Of a stretch of 38,802 nt of DNA, positions 1 through 11,140 are shown piece after piece (within the stretch, counting starts at the first letter, position 1; each line of letters begins with the position of its first letter). The position numbers and the translations under genes are program-made. The DNA is from Neovahlkampfia damariscottae (taxonomy: Eukaryota), in assembly GCA_016618085.1 (NCBI GenBank), contig JABLTG010000174.1, positions 1 through 38,802 of the forward strand, written 5' to 3'. The notes beneath the pieces were generated by a model that was not told the origin of the DNA, ran no database searches, and was given only the letters and a program-made list of their open reading frames with translations.

Positions 1-743
1 GTACATATAAAATGAATTTTAAACTCAAATGTCATCCATCAATTACAAATGCAGCTGATTGTCCTTTAGATGCGAATAGAGATGTTTCAATTGAAATTTC
101 AGCAAATTCTGAAAATTTTTGTTCAGTCGTAAATGTCAATATTAATCTTTCTGGAACATTAAGAGCATATCAAGATATTACTCATACCATTAGAAAAGAT
201 GCATTTTTGTTAGGTCAAACATCATTTTTTAAAGCTGAAGTATCATCACCAAAAGCAACTTTAAAAGAAACTAAAGTTGTAAGAGTGCAATGGGAACAAG
301 GAAATGTGACAAAAATTTTATATGATAATTTTGCGATTACAACTGAAGGAACAACTGAAAAATTTGTTCTTGGTGCAACTGGATCAAATGATGCTGCATT
401 TAGATTCGCTTTAGAAAAAGCATATATGCCAATTGCAGAAGATTCGAATGAAGATTTTAAAGTTAGTGCTTTATTAGAAGTTAAATATCAATCTATTGAT
501 GGTTCAAGTGAAACAACACAATTAACAGATATTTCATTTTCAAAGAAAGATTTACAAGAAATTAAATCAATGTATGCTGCTGCTGAAGTTGCTCCAATTG
601 AAGGAAATCAACAATCAAAATATTCAGAAAAAATCAAAATTTTTGGAATTTATGAACCACTTGATAATGGAAGTAACAAAATTATTTCAATTGGATTAAA
701 TATGATGATCGCACTTTTATCTTTATATATTTTTCTCTTGTAG
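1..743 (+). CDS. 3' part of a secreted/surface protein with a C-terminal hydrophobic tail (possible GPI anchor); 5'-truncated by the window
   Basis: Frame is open from the window edge. The 243-aa ORF ends in NGS followed by IISIGLNMMIALLSLYIFLL. No family recognised. Confidence 0.7.
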   Translation, partial: TYKMNFKLKCHPSITNAADCPLDANRDVSIEISANSENFCSVVNVNINLSGTLRAYQDITHTIRKDAFLLGQTSFFKAEVSSPKATLKETKVVRVQWEQGNVTKILYDNFAITTEGTTEKFVLGATGSNDAAFRFALEKAYMPIAEDSNEDFKVSALLEVKYQSIDGSSETTQLTDISFSKKDLQEIKSMYAAAEVAPIEGNQQSKYSEKIKIFGIYEPLDNGSNKIISIGLNMMIALLSLYIFLL

Positions 744-1096
744 ATAAATTTGAACTTTTAATGTATTTAATAAATATTTTTAAAGAAATCAGTCTCTCTT
801 GTTCATTTTCCTTTCAAATGTTTATATACCACCTCAGAAATCCTGACAGCTTTTCAACAAAGTCAAAGTATTGTTTCATTGAAGAAAAGAATCTTGAAGA
901 AAATCAAATAATGCTGATGGTTGTAAGCCAATTTGGAATAGCACTGAAAAAAGTCACCCAAAATTCCAACAGTCATCAAAAATGATATTGATAATAAAAA
1001 AAAAAACAAAAGAAAATAATGTATTATCTGTTGATTTTAAATCACAAATTGAATAAATATTTAACAATTGTAAATCATCAAAACTTGACACTTGCA

Positions 1097-2216
1097 TCAT
1101 TGTATTTTTAAATCAAAAAGAAAAGTCACAAAAAATGAAATTGGATTTGATATCAAAATCGTTAAAATATAATAAATATATTTTTGAATGATAAATTCAT
1201 TCAAAGAATCCAATTCTTGAATGAATGTTGATACTGTGGTCAAAGAACCACAAAAACCAATTTCCACTGATTTGATAAAATCTAATGCATAGTTGTGCCT
1301 AAAAACAATCAATAAAAAGAAAAATAAACGTTGTTCTATGTTGGAACGCATGGCAAAGTGTCAAAACAAATAAACCAAAAACATTGGCATACATTGTATA
1401 AAAAGGAACTAAAGTGGTTTTCTCTTTTAATTTCGTGTTGTATAAACATATTTGATATCTTAAAATACAACCAAATGGTGCGCTTAGTAAAATATAACCA
1501 TAGATATTTCGAACTGTAGTTAACCAAATAATGACTCCAATTGAAGCAAACAAAAAAATGAAAATAAAAAATTCAAGAGATAATGATAATATAGGAGCTA
1601 TTATATTATCCTTTTCAATTGGATTTTGAGTCTCTTCAATATTTTCGTTTCTTCCTTCATCTGATTCGTTTTCTTTAGTATTTATGAGACTGTAGAAATA
1701 TGGACCTTTGGAAATAATGTTTAAGATAAATTTACTTATATCTCTTCCGATATTATAAAATAAAATGCAGTATGCAATTCCGGAGATTTGTTTGTAGAAA
1801 TAAAAAGAATAATTTTTTTGATAAAAATCTGAAACGACTTCATATTGCCATGAACTGAAGGTGGTTAAACAACCACAAAAACCCGTTGTAAACCTAAAAT
1901 TTTGTCAACAAAAAAAGTCAAACCCAGTCAAAATTCTTGTGATGCTTTTTTTATATATTTGAGACTCTGACAATTTGGAAATTGGCTTTTTGAATTCTGA
2001 TATAAATGAAATAAAGAAGCATCCTAAAGCATTTGGAATGATATCTTTGTCCAGAATACCACTGGAATCACCAAAATTCGAAAAAAGAAAAAATCTTAAT
2101 GAAACTCCAAGGAAGCAGAAGAAGATTAAATGCAAATACTGCAGGAATAAGTGTAAATAATTCTTTGAAAAAATTAGAAGAAATTTAGGTTCATCTTTTT
2201 CTTTGTCTTCCTCCAT
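1097..2216 (-). CDS. FEX: Fluoride exporter FEX (two fused Fluc/CrcB domains)
   Basis: Removing GT-AG introns 1894-1923 and 1299-1329 gives a continuous frame. It has two Fluc signatures, GFCGCLTTFSSW and GFCGSLTTVSTF, plus GxxLR motifs (GVSLRF, GCILRY). Confidence 0.9.
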
Positions 2217-2497
2217 TTGTGGTTCTGAATTTCACCAATTAAACTGGATTTGTTCAAAAATTTATCAGAGATCAATTGAAACCAACTTTGATTTTTCAAC
2301 TTTGGTTTTTTCAATTTTCAATGTCAAATGGATCATTTTTGGTCGAATTCTCAACTTTTGTTTTTCCACAAATGATTATGAGCTAATCAGGAGATTTATT
2401 TCTTTTGATTCAACCTGGTTCAAATTTGGTGATTCACCACACTTCTTTTGGTGTTTTTTTCAACATCCAATGGGATTTTTAGTTGTCCTGGAAAAAA

Positions 2498-4358
2498 ATG
2501 AGATTGTTGGTTCTGCTGGTGTTTTCTGTCATTGCCACTGTCTATTCAAACCAACAAGGATGCTTGTTTGACAATAATATTTATTTTGCGTTTGAAAATG
2601 TGACAGATACACCAACTAACCAACTAGTTCACGTCACAGGCTATTCAAAAAACCCAAAAAGATGGTTCGGAATTGGGTTTTCAAAAGATCAAAAGTTAAC
2701 CACAGATTCAATTTTGATCATTTCTTATTCAACAACAGTTCTACAATATAAAAACCAAACAAAAAATTCAACACAAGATTATTTATCTGCAAATATCATC
2801 AATTTTCCAATTATTCAAAAGAAAGGATTCGAATTTTTTATCAATATTTCAAAGCTAGTGGATAAAAAGTATCTTTTCTTTGCTTATGACAACAAATTGA
2901 ATATTGAAAATGTTATTCCATCCACTTCATCAATCAAATTTTTTAACATTTCAATTTATGATAATTTGAAAGACTTATCAAAAAGTAAGTGAAAATTTAC
3001 TAAATTATAAAGCCGGACAATCGGACTATTGTTCAGAAAATATCGGAGTTCCTGGAAGATTATTTATAACTCATGATGGATTTTTTATTCCAATTTTTAT
3101 TTTATATATATTTTTGATGATATGGTGTTTATACTTGACTGATAAATTACCATTACGATCAAAAGGTTCAGTTCCGATTTTTCTTGTGGCTTGTTATTTG
3201 TTGAATTTGATTTTTGAAAGAATAGAATTTGAATTAAGCTATGAATTAAACACAATATATGCTTGTTGGTTGACAATTTATGGAGCATATCCATCACTTT
3301 TTGCTTGTGAAATGGCTATTATATATATTTTCTGTCATTACATTTTAGTCAAATCAATGACATTCCAACAACATTCACTTCATGAAAAGGGGTTAAAAAG
3401 GAGCACAAGTTCTGAGATTATCAGTCCTATTTTCAAGACTTCTTGGAGAGTTTCTCTTTTCAAAGCAATCAGATCAAAATATTTCATGGTTGGATTGCTC
3501 ACTTTTGCGTATTTGTTTGAGTCAATCATTTTGACAATTCCAATATTAGTGTTTCAAGGAAAATGTACGGCCACTGCAAGAACAATTACAAGATTTGTTC
3601 ATGGTGGATTCATGCTAGGTGCGATTGGTATTTGGTTTGTGGTTCAATTAGTTGATTTGTTGATTAATTGGAGGATTATTCTTGTGTGTAAATTGAAAAA
3701 ATACTTCATTGATGATGATATTTATTATTTTAGATTGGAGTCTTTGTTTTTCTTGGGTCTGCTGTCAGTCGGAGCTGTTTGGATTTCAGTTTCAAAACCA
3801 AAAATCATTGGGATGATATCAGTAGAAATAATTTTAGTACTTGGATGGATAGCAATAGGAGGTGTGCTGACATTACTAATAACAACATTTAAATACTGTT
3901 TTCCTCAGAAAAAGAAAATTAACGAAATTAATGAAATTGAAGAAATTTTCAAGGATGAAGAGTTATATCTTCTGTTTTATCGACAAGCCAGAAAAGAATA
4001 TAGTCTAGAAAATGTTCTATTTAGAGTAGATTCTATGAAATATAAAACAATGAAAAATAAAAAAAAGCGAGAAGAGCATGCAATAATGATGGTTGAAAAA
4101 TATTTATCTGGTTCTTCATCACCATTTGAAATCAATGTTGATTTTAATACAATATCAAAAGCTGTAGAATTGATAAGAGAAGGTAGATTTGATGACAATA
4201 TATTTGATGATTTGGATTATTGCATTTACAGGAATTTGTCAGACACTTATTCAAGATTCATTCATAGTTCTGAGTTTTCAAGATATCAAAAAGAGATGAA
4301 AGATATTAAATTGAGGTCAAAAGTTATGGGAAGTAACTCTGTTGCGATCAGTGCCTGA
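2498..4358 (+). CDS. 7TM-RGS protein with signal peptide and DOMON-like ectodomain
   Basis: Signal peptide MRLLVLLVFSVIATVYS and DOMON-like WFGIGFS motif. A 28-nt intron (2985-3012) joins the two ORFs in frame. Seven hydrophobic segments, then an RGS box (EYSLENVLF, KYL...SPFEINVD, DTYSRFIHS). Confidence 0.88.
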
Positions 4359-4413
4359 CAAATGAACTCATTTTAAGAATAAATATTTTCATCCAATCAA
4401 AAACATTTTCCTC

Positions 4414-4807
4414 ATGTCTTCAAGAAAAACAGCAGCAAGTGGCTTCAACAGTTTCAGTGATTTTTATCCTTATTATTTACAAGAACATCAAAATAGAACA
4501 AACAAAAGACTTCACTTTGTTGGAACCACATTTGTATTCTTAATCATTCTTTTTGCAATTGCTTCTCAAAATGCCAAAGTTTTATTCCTTTGTCCTTTGG
4601 TTGGATATGGTAAGTTAATTCATAGTACTCAAAAAAAATACTGTAGGATTTGCTTGGGTTGGACATTTCTTCTTTGAACAAAATAAACCAGCAACATTCA
4701 AACATCCATTTTACAGGTTTTATTTTTATTCTTCTGAACTTTTTATTAGTCTTATGGGTGACTTTCGTATGTGGTATGATATAGCAACTGGTAAAATAAT
4801 TTGGTAA
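4414..4807 (+). CDS. DUF962 / Mpo1-like small membrane protein
   Basis: FYPYYLQEHQNRTNKRLHFVGT...GYGFAWVGHFFFEQNKPATFKHPFYSLMGDF after splicing introns 4610-4646 and 4717-4749. Confidence 0.88.
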
Positions 4808-4931
4808 ATAAAAAGTTTTTATCAAAAAAAAAAAAGACGTTTAATAAAACAGAAGAGTCTTGAAGAATAAGTCCATTTTGAATTTCTTCAAATTTTTGGT
4901 TTATTGAAACAAACAAAGGTTTTATTGTGAA

Positions 4932-5189
4932 TCAAATTTCATGATTGATATTTTGTTTTTTTATGATTCCCTTTGCAGCATTAGCAATTTCTTTGTTGTG
5001 ATATTTACTATCAATTTCTTTTGGAGCAATTGCTTTTTTGATAATGAAATCATCATGTTGATCTATTGTTTGGTTTTTTTGTTCATGAATTTTAGTTTGG
5101 TACTTTGTATCACTTCTAAGATCAGGTTTTGGGTGTTTAACTTGTTGTCTGTAATTCACAGATGAAGCTTGTATATCGTTCAAAGACAT
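4932..5189 (-). CDS. Small hydrophilic hypothetical protein (85 aa)
   Basis: ATG-started ORF with typical host codon bias. CCAAT box at 5224-5228 upstream and AATAAA directly after the stop. Confidence 0.6.
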   Translation of the reverse strand: MSLNDIQASSVNYRQQVKHPKPDLRSDTKYQTKIHEQKNQTIDQHDDFIIKKAIAPKEIDSKYHNKEIANAAKGIIKKQNINHEI

Positions 5190-5356
5190 TTCTTCAGTTT
5201 GATTTGCGGATCAGAATAAACAGCCAATGAAATGAAAAATAATATTAAAAGGTCTGATCCAAAAAAAAAAATGATAATTTTATTTAAGAAATTTGTGAAT
5301 TTTCATCAAAAACTCAATCAGATACTTTTATCCAATAAAAACAGCTTACTCGAATT

Positions 5357-6793
5357 ATGTTGCAAGAGGAAATTGACAGATCATTAAAAGTGACTATACC
5401 TGAATATCAAGTTCTATTTGATTCTAAAAAGAGAGAATATGTTGTAAGTTTACTAAAAATACTCAAAACAAGTCCTATACCGTTGTTTGTGAACAAGAAA
5501 AAAAAAAGTGGATTGTTAAACATAGATTTTCAGAATTTGATAAATTAAACAAAGAAGTAATTGAAATAAAAAATAATATTTACTTTGAAGCTTGGAACCA
5601 AAATAAATGCAAAGTTACCTTCAAAATTCATCAACAACCAAAACGTTTCAAATTTAAAAAAACGTCTTGAAGGATTAGATGAATATTTAAAGTCTATATT
5701 ACAAGACCAAAGTATACTTGTAAAAAAAAAAAATTCATTTTTAAATTTTTTTTTCGCAGGAAGAATCATGTGTGAAAGATTTTTTTTTTAAAAATCCAAA
5801 AATTTTATGTGATGATTTTTATAGTGGATATGAAGATATAGGGAATGAATTTGTTGTGTGTCTTTCAGATTATTCAATTGAAAAAGATGAAAATGCAGAA
5901 TATGTTGTAAGAATTTTTTGTTTTTTTTTTGACTGCTTCAAAGGCTTATCAAATCACTTGTAAAGATTCAAATAATGAATGGTTTGTGAAACATAGATAT
6001 TCAGAATTCAATAAATTAAATAAAGAAGTAAGATTTGAAAAAATATCAACTTGCTGTTAGATTGACAATGAAGAAATTAAATTGTTATTCCCACCTTTAA
6101 TTTATGATAACATGAATGTTTCAAATATCAAAAAGAGACAACATGGATTAGAAGTTTATTTGAATGCAATACTGAAAAATAATGATTTAAAATCATCTGC
6201 TGTTGTGGAAGAGTTTTTCAATATCAAAAGACTTCGTGTAAGTGTATATGAAAAGAAAAATATTGAGGATGAATCAGGTAATTTTATTTTATTTTTTATC
6301 CTTTTAGAGTCAATATTCACTCAATTGACCAAATCAATTTCGGATCATTATGATCCATCATTGCCAAATTCATGTTTGATTTGTTTCTTTATTAACTTGA
6401 TTTTTAATAAGTTGAGAAAATTGTGATTGACAATAATAGAAGATATAAAATCAACTTTATTCCACCTCAATTTTTTCAAACATTCAATTCACAAGTTGAG
6501 GGATTTGTAATGAACAATTTTCACTTTAATAATTTCATTAGATTTTCATCTACGATTCAGAGAATTTAGATTCTTTAAAAGAAATGATTGAAAATTTTGA
6601 GGCCATTGAAAGAAAATTTGAAGATCAAAAATTCATTTCCATTGTTATTCAATTCAAAAATGGTCACAAAGCAACAGATTTAGAAATTCTTAACTTTTTA
6701 TCTGTCAGAGAAGACATTCTGTTGTATAAAGAAAGTCAAATTAAAAAAGCAGAAAAAGAATTTTTCAAAAAATTAACAAAAAGTTTCAAATAA
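5357..6793 (+). CDS. Tandem PX-domain protein with a C-terminal degenerate Ras-like domain
   Basis: Eight predicted introns (5444-5472, 5557-5590, 5720-5759, 5907-5943, 6028-6060, 6278-6307 and two more). Two PX motifs: WIVKHRFSEF..L..LPSK..RLEGLDEYL and WFVKHRYSEF..FPP..RQHGLEVYL. The C-terminus contains HYDPS and EGFIFIYD...SL. Confidence 0.8.
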
Positions 6794-6860
6794 ATCCTAC
6801 CATCATCATTGGTGCATAATCTTCCTCCAATAATATCATCACACTTGTAAAAACAAACTT

Positions 6861-7223
6861 ATGTCAATGCTTCGTCAACTTATTTTCATAGTCATTTTAC
6901 TCACAGCTATATCTTATGCAAAGAAATTTGAATTACCAGAAAAAAAAAGGTTGACACCAGAAGACATTGCCAAACTTATAATTCCTGAAAAGCAAGAAGA
7001 AGATTTTACAGTTCAAACTGGATATCAAAAATTAGCACTTGATATTCAAAATATTCTTAAAGAAAAATTTAAAGATATAGACCCAAAACTTCATGAAACT
7101 TTTGAGCAAAATGTGTTCAAAGCAAAACAAGAATTGAAAAATTCAAAATTCAAAGTTGATGAAAGAATTGCGGCGATTAACAAAGTCTTCAAACCTGTTG
7201 GAGGAAATGAAGAAAAAAAATAA
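6861..7223 (+). CDS. Secreted hypothetical protein (120 aa)
   Basis: N-terminal signal peptide (LIFIVILLTAISYA-KK) and CCAAT at 6827-6831. Confidence 0.75.
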   Translation: MSMLRQLIFIVILLTAISYAKKFELPEKKRLTPEDIAKLIIPEKQEEDFTVQTGYQKLALDIQNILKEKFKDIDPKLHETFEQNVFKAKQELKNSKFKVDERIAAINKVFKPVGGNEEKK

Positions 7224-7475
7224 AATTTTTTTTTTCACTCTTGCACTATTATTTTCCGAACAAATCTCTTTTGCTGACATCCCAGAATTTTTCATTTGTC
7301 ACTGAAACAAGTCTTACTGGAAAATCCATTTGATGAGTTTTGTGCTCTAAATATTTTAGTATAAATGGAATTGTTAACTTCTGGATGAAAACACTTGAAT
7401 CCACCAATAGAATCAAATCGCCATATTTGGTGATTTTTAAGAAATAAAAATATTCCAATTTGTTTTTGTTCAATA

Positions 7476-7838
7476 ATGAAATTACTTTTTTTCAGCCTTT
7501 GTTTCTTGTTGTTTGCATCACTTAAAACCCAAATACAAAATGACATTGAAAACAATCAAAACGAAATCACAGATTTAGAGAGTCACCTGATATATCTAAA
7601 ACAAAAATTGCTTCTTAGTGTATTCCTAAAGGAAGAAAAATTCAAATTCTTAAAACAAAATTTGTTCATTGAAATCAAAAGACGCAATCAAATGATTCAA
7701 TCATTGAAAAAACAAATATCGAAAACGAAACAACATCTCAAAATATTTAAAAAATACGACAAATATATTAAGAATTATCTTCAAAAAATAGGTAGGAAAA
7801 TATCCATCATTGATGAATTCATCAAAAGAAAGAAATAA
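7476..7838 (+). CDS. Secreted coiled-coil hypothetical protein (120 aa)
   Basis: Signal-peptide-like N-terminus, heptad-rich body and CCAAT at 7455-7459. Confidence 0.6.
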   Translation: MKLLFFSLCFLLFASLKTQIQNDIENNQNEITDLESHLIYLKQKLLLSVFLKEEKFKFLKQNLFIEIKRRNQMIQSLKKQISKTKQHLKIFKKYDKYIKNYLQKIGRKISIIDEFIKRKK

Positions 7839-7856
7839 ATTACCAAATAAAATTTG

Positions 7857-8972
7857 TTATTTGAAATTGAAATTGATATTATTAAATCTTGTTAAAAACT
7901 TAAAATCTTTGAATTCTTGAAACAAATTAAACTTAAATTTGACAACTCTATTCTTTTTTGTTACAATGAATAATTCATCTCCAGGGGAAGGAATCAGTTG
8001 TTTGATATTAGATCCATTAAAATGAATATATGCTACTAATCTATTTGAAATTAATGAATAACACATTATAAATTCTAAAATTGAAAACCAAACAAAATTT
8101 GAATCTGTTGAAAAATTTGCGTGTTTAATATCAATTAAAAAAGTAAATTTTTTGAGATGGTTTTTGAAATCAAACATTTGATGAATATACAAAGAACCTT
8201 TTTCAATCTTCAAAAAGTAATTTCCATTGTTTGAAATTTCAAAATTTGATTGTGAAGTTGAAATGAAATTTTCTAAAGTTCTTGCTTTGTCTGGCATTAA
8301 AATTTGATTATTTTCAGGTTTAAATGATCTATTTAAATAGATCATACCATTTGACTTATGATAAAATTGAATATTCCTCAATTTAGGAAATGAACAATAA
8401 AACAGTTTTAACAATACTTCATTTCCAGATAAATCAAAGATATTGAGTTCACCATTTCGATGTATCATACCTATATTTTCATTTATATTGATGATCTGAA
8501 AAACTTTTTGTACATCTTTGAAGTGATATTGCAGTTTCATTTCATAGGTTGTTTTCATAATTTTGAATATTTTTACATGTGCCTCTGGTGAATTAAACAC
8601 ATTAGTATATGTTATTATATGTTGTCCATCAGTTGAAAATAGCACCTGATTGAATTTTTGATGTTTTTCTTCCATAACAAAAATTTTTTCTTTTAATGTG
8701 TGTCTGTTGACTAAAATAATGGTTTCTTTATGTTCTCCAATGAATAAAAAATGTGTATCTGGTGAATTGTTCATGAAGGTTCCTTTACCAAAAACATGAT
8801 GTTTTATGGTTTTGGTTGATTGTAATTTTGGTGAAGTTTCCTTCACTAGTTTTTTCATTTGTTTTTCCCAAATTTTGAAACTTATAATTTCTTTTTGTGA
8901 TTTAGTTTCATCTCTTAAATCATGAACAACGTCAAGCGCCAGTTCAATAAATGCAAGAGGAATGGAAAACAT
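7857..8972 (-). CDS. WD40-like beta-propeller protein
   Basis: Intronless 371-aa ORF with repeated blade motifs (VLFSTDGQHI, EISNNGNYFL, ANFSTDSNFV, IPSPGDELFI). Confidence 0.7.
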   Translation of the reverse strand: MFSIPLAFIELALDVVHDLRDETKSQKEIISFKIWEKQMKKLVKETSPKLQSTKTIKHHVFGKGTFMNNSPDTHFLFIGEHKETIILVNRHTLKEKIFVMEEKHQKFNQVLFSTDGQHIITYTNVFNSPEAHVKIFKIMKTTYEMKLQYHFKDVQKVFQIININENIGMIHRNGELNIFDLSGNEVLLKLFYCSFPKLRNIQFYHKSNGMIYLNRSFKPENNQILMPDKARTLENFISTSQSNFEISNNGNYFLKIEKGSLYIHQMFDFKNHLKKFTFLIDIKHANFSTDSNFVWFSILEFIMCYSLISNRLVAYIHFNGSNIKQLIPSPGDELFIVTKKNRVVKFKFNLFQEFKDFKFLTRFNNINFNFK

Positions 8973-9140
8973 TTTTCATTGGTCCAGTAATTTTCGAGAC
9001 ATTTTAGGCAAGCTCCGAGAAAAAACACAAATGTTGAATTTTCATTATTTGAATGGACTATTTCACCTTTTCCTTTTCCTTTAGTGTTTTTTGATTGGTT
9101 TATAATTTTAACTTCGCTTGTTTGAACATGCAAAACAAAA

Positions 9141-9977
9141 ATGAAACACACAACACAACATCACAAAAAACACAATAAAAATCAAAAGCCTGACACTTCT
9201 CAAGATGAAAACTTAGCAAAAGAATTACAAAATCAATACGAAAAAGAACTCAATGATGATACAAAATTTGATGAAGAAATAGCTCAACAATTTCAACATT
9301 TGAACCTTCAACAGCAATGCGATTTTATGGGAATACCTCAAGAAATCAATTTCCAACAACAATTTCATCTTCAACAACAGAGAATTCAACAACAAATCCG
9401 AGAACAACAACTACATTTTGAACAGAAAATGTTACAACAACAAAGAGAATTTGAACAAAGAAGACAACGTTTATTGAATCAACATCAACAACAAATGAGA
9501 TTTCATCAACAACAATTGGAACAAACACAAAACCAAATCCAACAATCCCTACAACAAAATCATTCAATTCCTAGGTTTAACTTCAATTTTCATAATTCTA
9601 GTTCCAATTCAAATCGTCAAATAGGACCTAATCAATTTCAATTATCCACAAATTTGAATGGAATTCAATTTGATTTTCAATCAAGCATTCAGAGAAGAAA
9701 TGATTCTTATGAAGATTTGCTTCATTTCCAAGAATCAATGGGCAATGTCTCAAGGGGAGTTCAAAAAGAAGATATTGAGAATTCAACTTCAAAGTTTAAA
9801 TTACAAAAAATTCCTCAAGATGATGACTCCTGTGTGATTTGTTGTGAAGATTTTCAAAAAAATGAAATAGTCAGAAAATTACCTTGTATGCATTTATTTC
9901 ATTGTGAATGCATTGATAAATGGTTTGATCAATCAAAAAATTGTCCATTGTGTAAAAAAGATATTTTGGACAAATGA
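9141..9977 (+). CDS. RING-H2 E3 ubiquitin ligase with Q-rich region
   Basis: C-terminal CVIC...LPCMHLFHCECIDKWF...CPLC, preceded by SYEDLLHFQESMGNVSRG. N-terminal DENLAKELQ and DEEIAQQFQ resemble ubiquitin-binding MIU/UIM motifs. Confidence 0.92.
   Translation: MKHTTQHHKKHNKNQKPDTSQDENLAKELQNQYEKELNDDTKFDEEIAQQFQHLNLQQQCDFMGIPQEINFQQQFHLQQQRIQQQIREQQLHFEQKMLQQQREFEQRRQRLLNQHQQQMRFHQQQLEQTQNQIQQSLQQNHSIPRFNFNFHNSSSNSNRQIGPNQFQLSTNLNGIQFDFQSSIQRRNDSYEDLLHFQESMGNVSRGVQKEDIENSTSKFKLQKIPQDDDSCVICCEDFQKNEIVRKLPCMHLFHCECIDKWFDQSKNCPLCKKDILDK
9286..9558 (+). repeat. CAA-rich low-complexity tract encoding a Gln-rich region
   Basis: Dense CAA codon runs within the RING gene. Confidence 0.8.
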
Positions 9978-10006
9978 GAGCCTCACAAATTTATTAATAA
10001 AAATAT

Positions 10007-11053
10007 TTATTTTCTGTATAAAATTATTGGAAAATTTTCAGTAATTTGATATGAATCTTCAAACAAAACAACTAAATTTAAATCAAATTCAACTCGAAAT
10101 TCATTGGTTAAAATAGTGGCACATGTGAATAACCTTGGAAAAATCATGTAAATTGGAATGGTCATATTGTTGGTTGGATTTCCTTCTACAATTTGAATGT
10201 TTTGAATTTCGGTTGATTCTTTAACGTTTGCATCAGCGTGGACTGTTTTTTTTAATCAATAAATTTTTTGAAAAACTTACATTGCTCAATACGGACTAAT
10301 TGAATTTCAATTGATTTAATTTCTGTGGTGGATGATTCAACATATAATTCACCTTCAAAAGGGACATCAATATCACAAAATACTGATTCAACCACTCCTT
10401 TAATTGAAAAATCAGGTACATTTTGAATTGAAGTCTTTAAAGTTGTTAGAATGTTTTTGAAACAAACTGCTTTTAAGTTTTTTATATTTTTTGGTTTCAT
10501 TGAGAATTCTGTTCTTTTTGGATCATCTCCTAATTTTAATCCTTGTCCTGGAACTTGTACTATGAATTCAGCTACTTTTTTTAATTCACGACTGAAAAAT
10601 CCTCTACTTAATACACAAGTGATTTTATATTGAACATTAACAAAAACACCGTGATATGTTTCATATAAAGGAAATTTTCCAGTCTTTTGAACTTTGAATT
10701 CAAATGGAATGTCTGTAACTCCTGATTCAAACTTTCCAGAACCACATAAAGTTAAAGGTATATCCATCAAAGGAATTGGTTTCACTGTATTATAAATAGC
10801 GTCCAACAATCCAACTGTTTTGGAATTCAATTGAAAATTAGCGCTTGGAATGATTAATTTTTTTTTTTTTTTTTACATTCCATTCACTTGGATTTTTAAA
10901 CCTGAATGTGAAAGAGCTGTTGGACAAGTCACTCTAATATAACCACGAACTAATTCCTTGTGAAAAATTTAGAAAACAAATAAAAGTTCTTCACACTCCA
11001 TCTTTGTATGTTTTACTTTCTTTTTTCAAAACAATTTCAATTTCTTCACTCAT
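10007..11053 (-). CDS. VPS26C: VPS26C / DSCR3 (Retriever complex subunit)
   Basis: LYETYHGVFVNVQY, IKSIEIQLVRIE, IPIYMIFPRLFTCAT and C-terminal ITENFPIILYR. Four short introns predicted. Confidence 0.93.
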
Positions 11054-11140
11054 TTTACAAATTTTCCAACTGTTGCTCTAAAATTGTTTCGAAACAAAAT
11101 TGCTTTTTTATTGGTTGAAAAAAATTTTCATTTTATTTAT

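Noticed and set aside
761..1096. Short ORFs on both strands between the first gene and FEX
   Set aside because: No recognisable motif, and the minus-strand frame depends on an 11-nt homopolymer. Not supportable as a gene.
2203..2571. 122-aa plus-strand ORF
   Set aside because: TTG start, spans a divergent promoter and overlaps two better-supported genes.
7249..7555. Minus-strand ORFs of 74 and 87 aa
   Set aside because: One lacks an ATG and the other is antisense to the 7476 gene. Neither has a motif.
9225..9567. Leu- and Val-rich minus-strand ORFs
   Set aside because: Antisense shadows of the CAA-rich tract.
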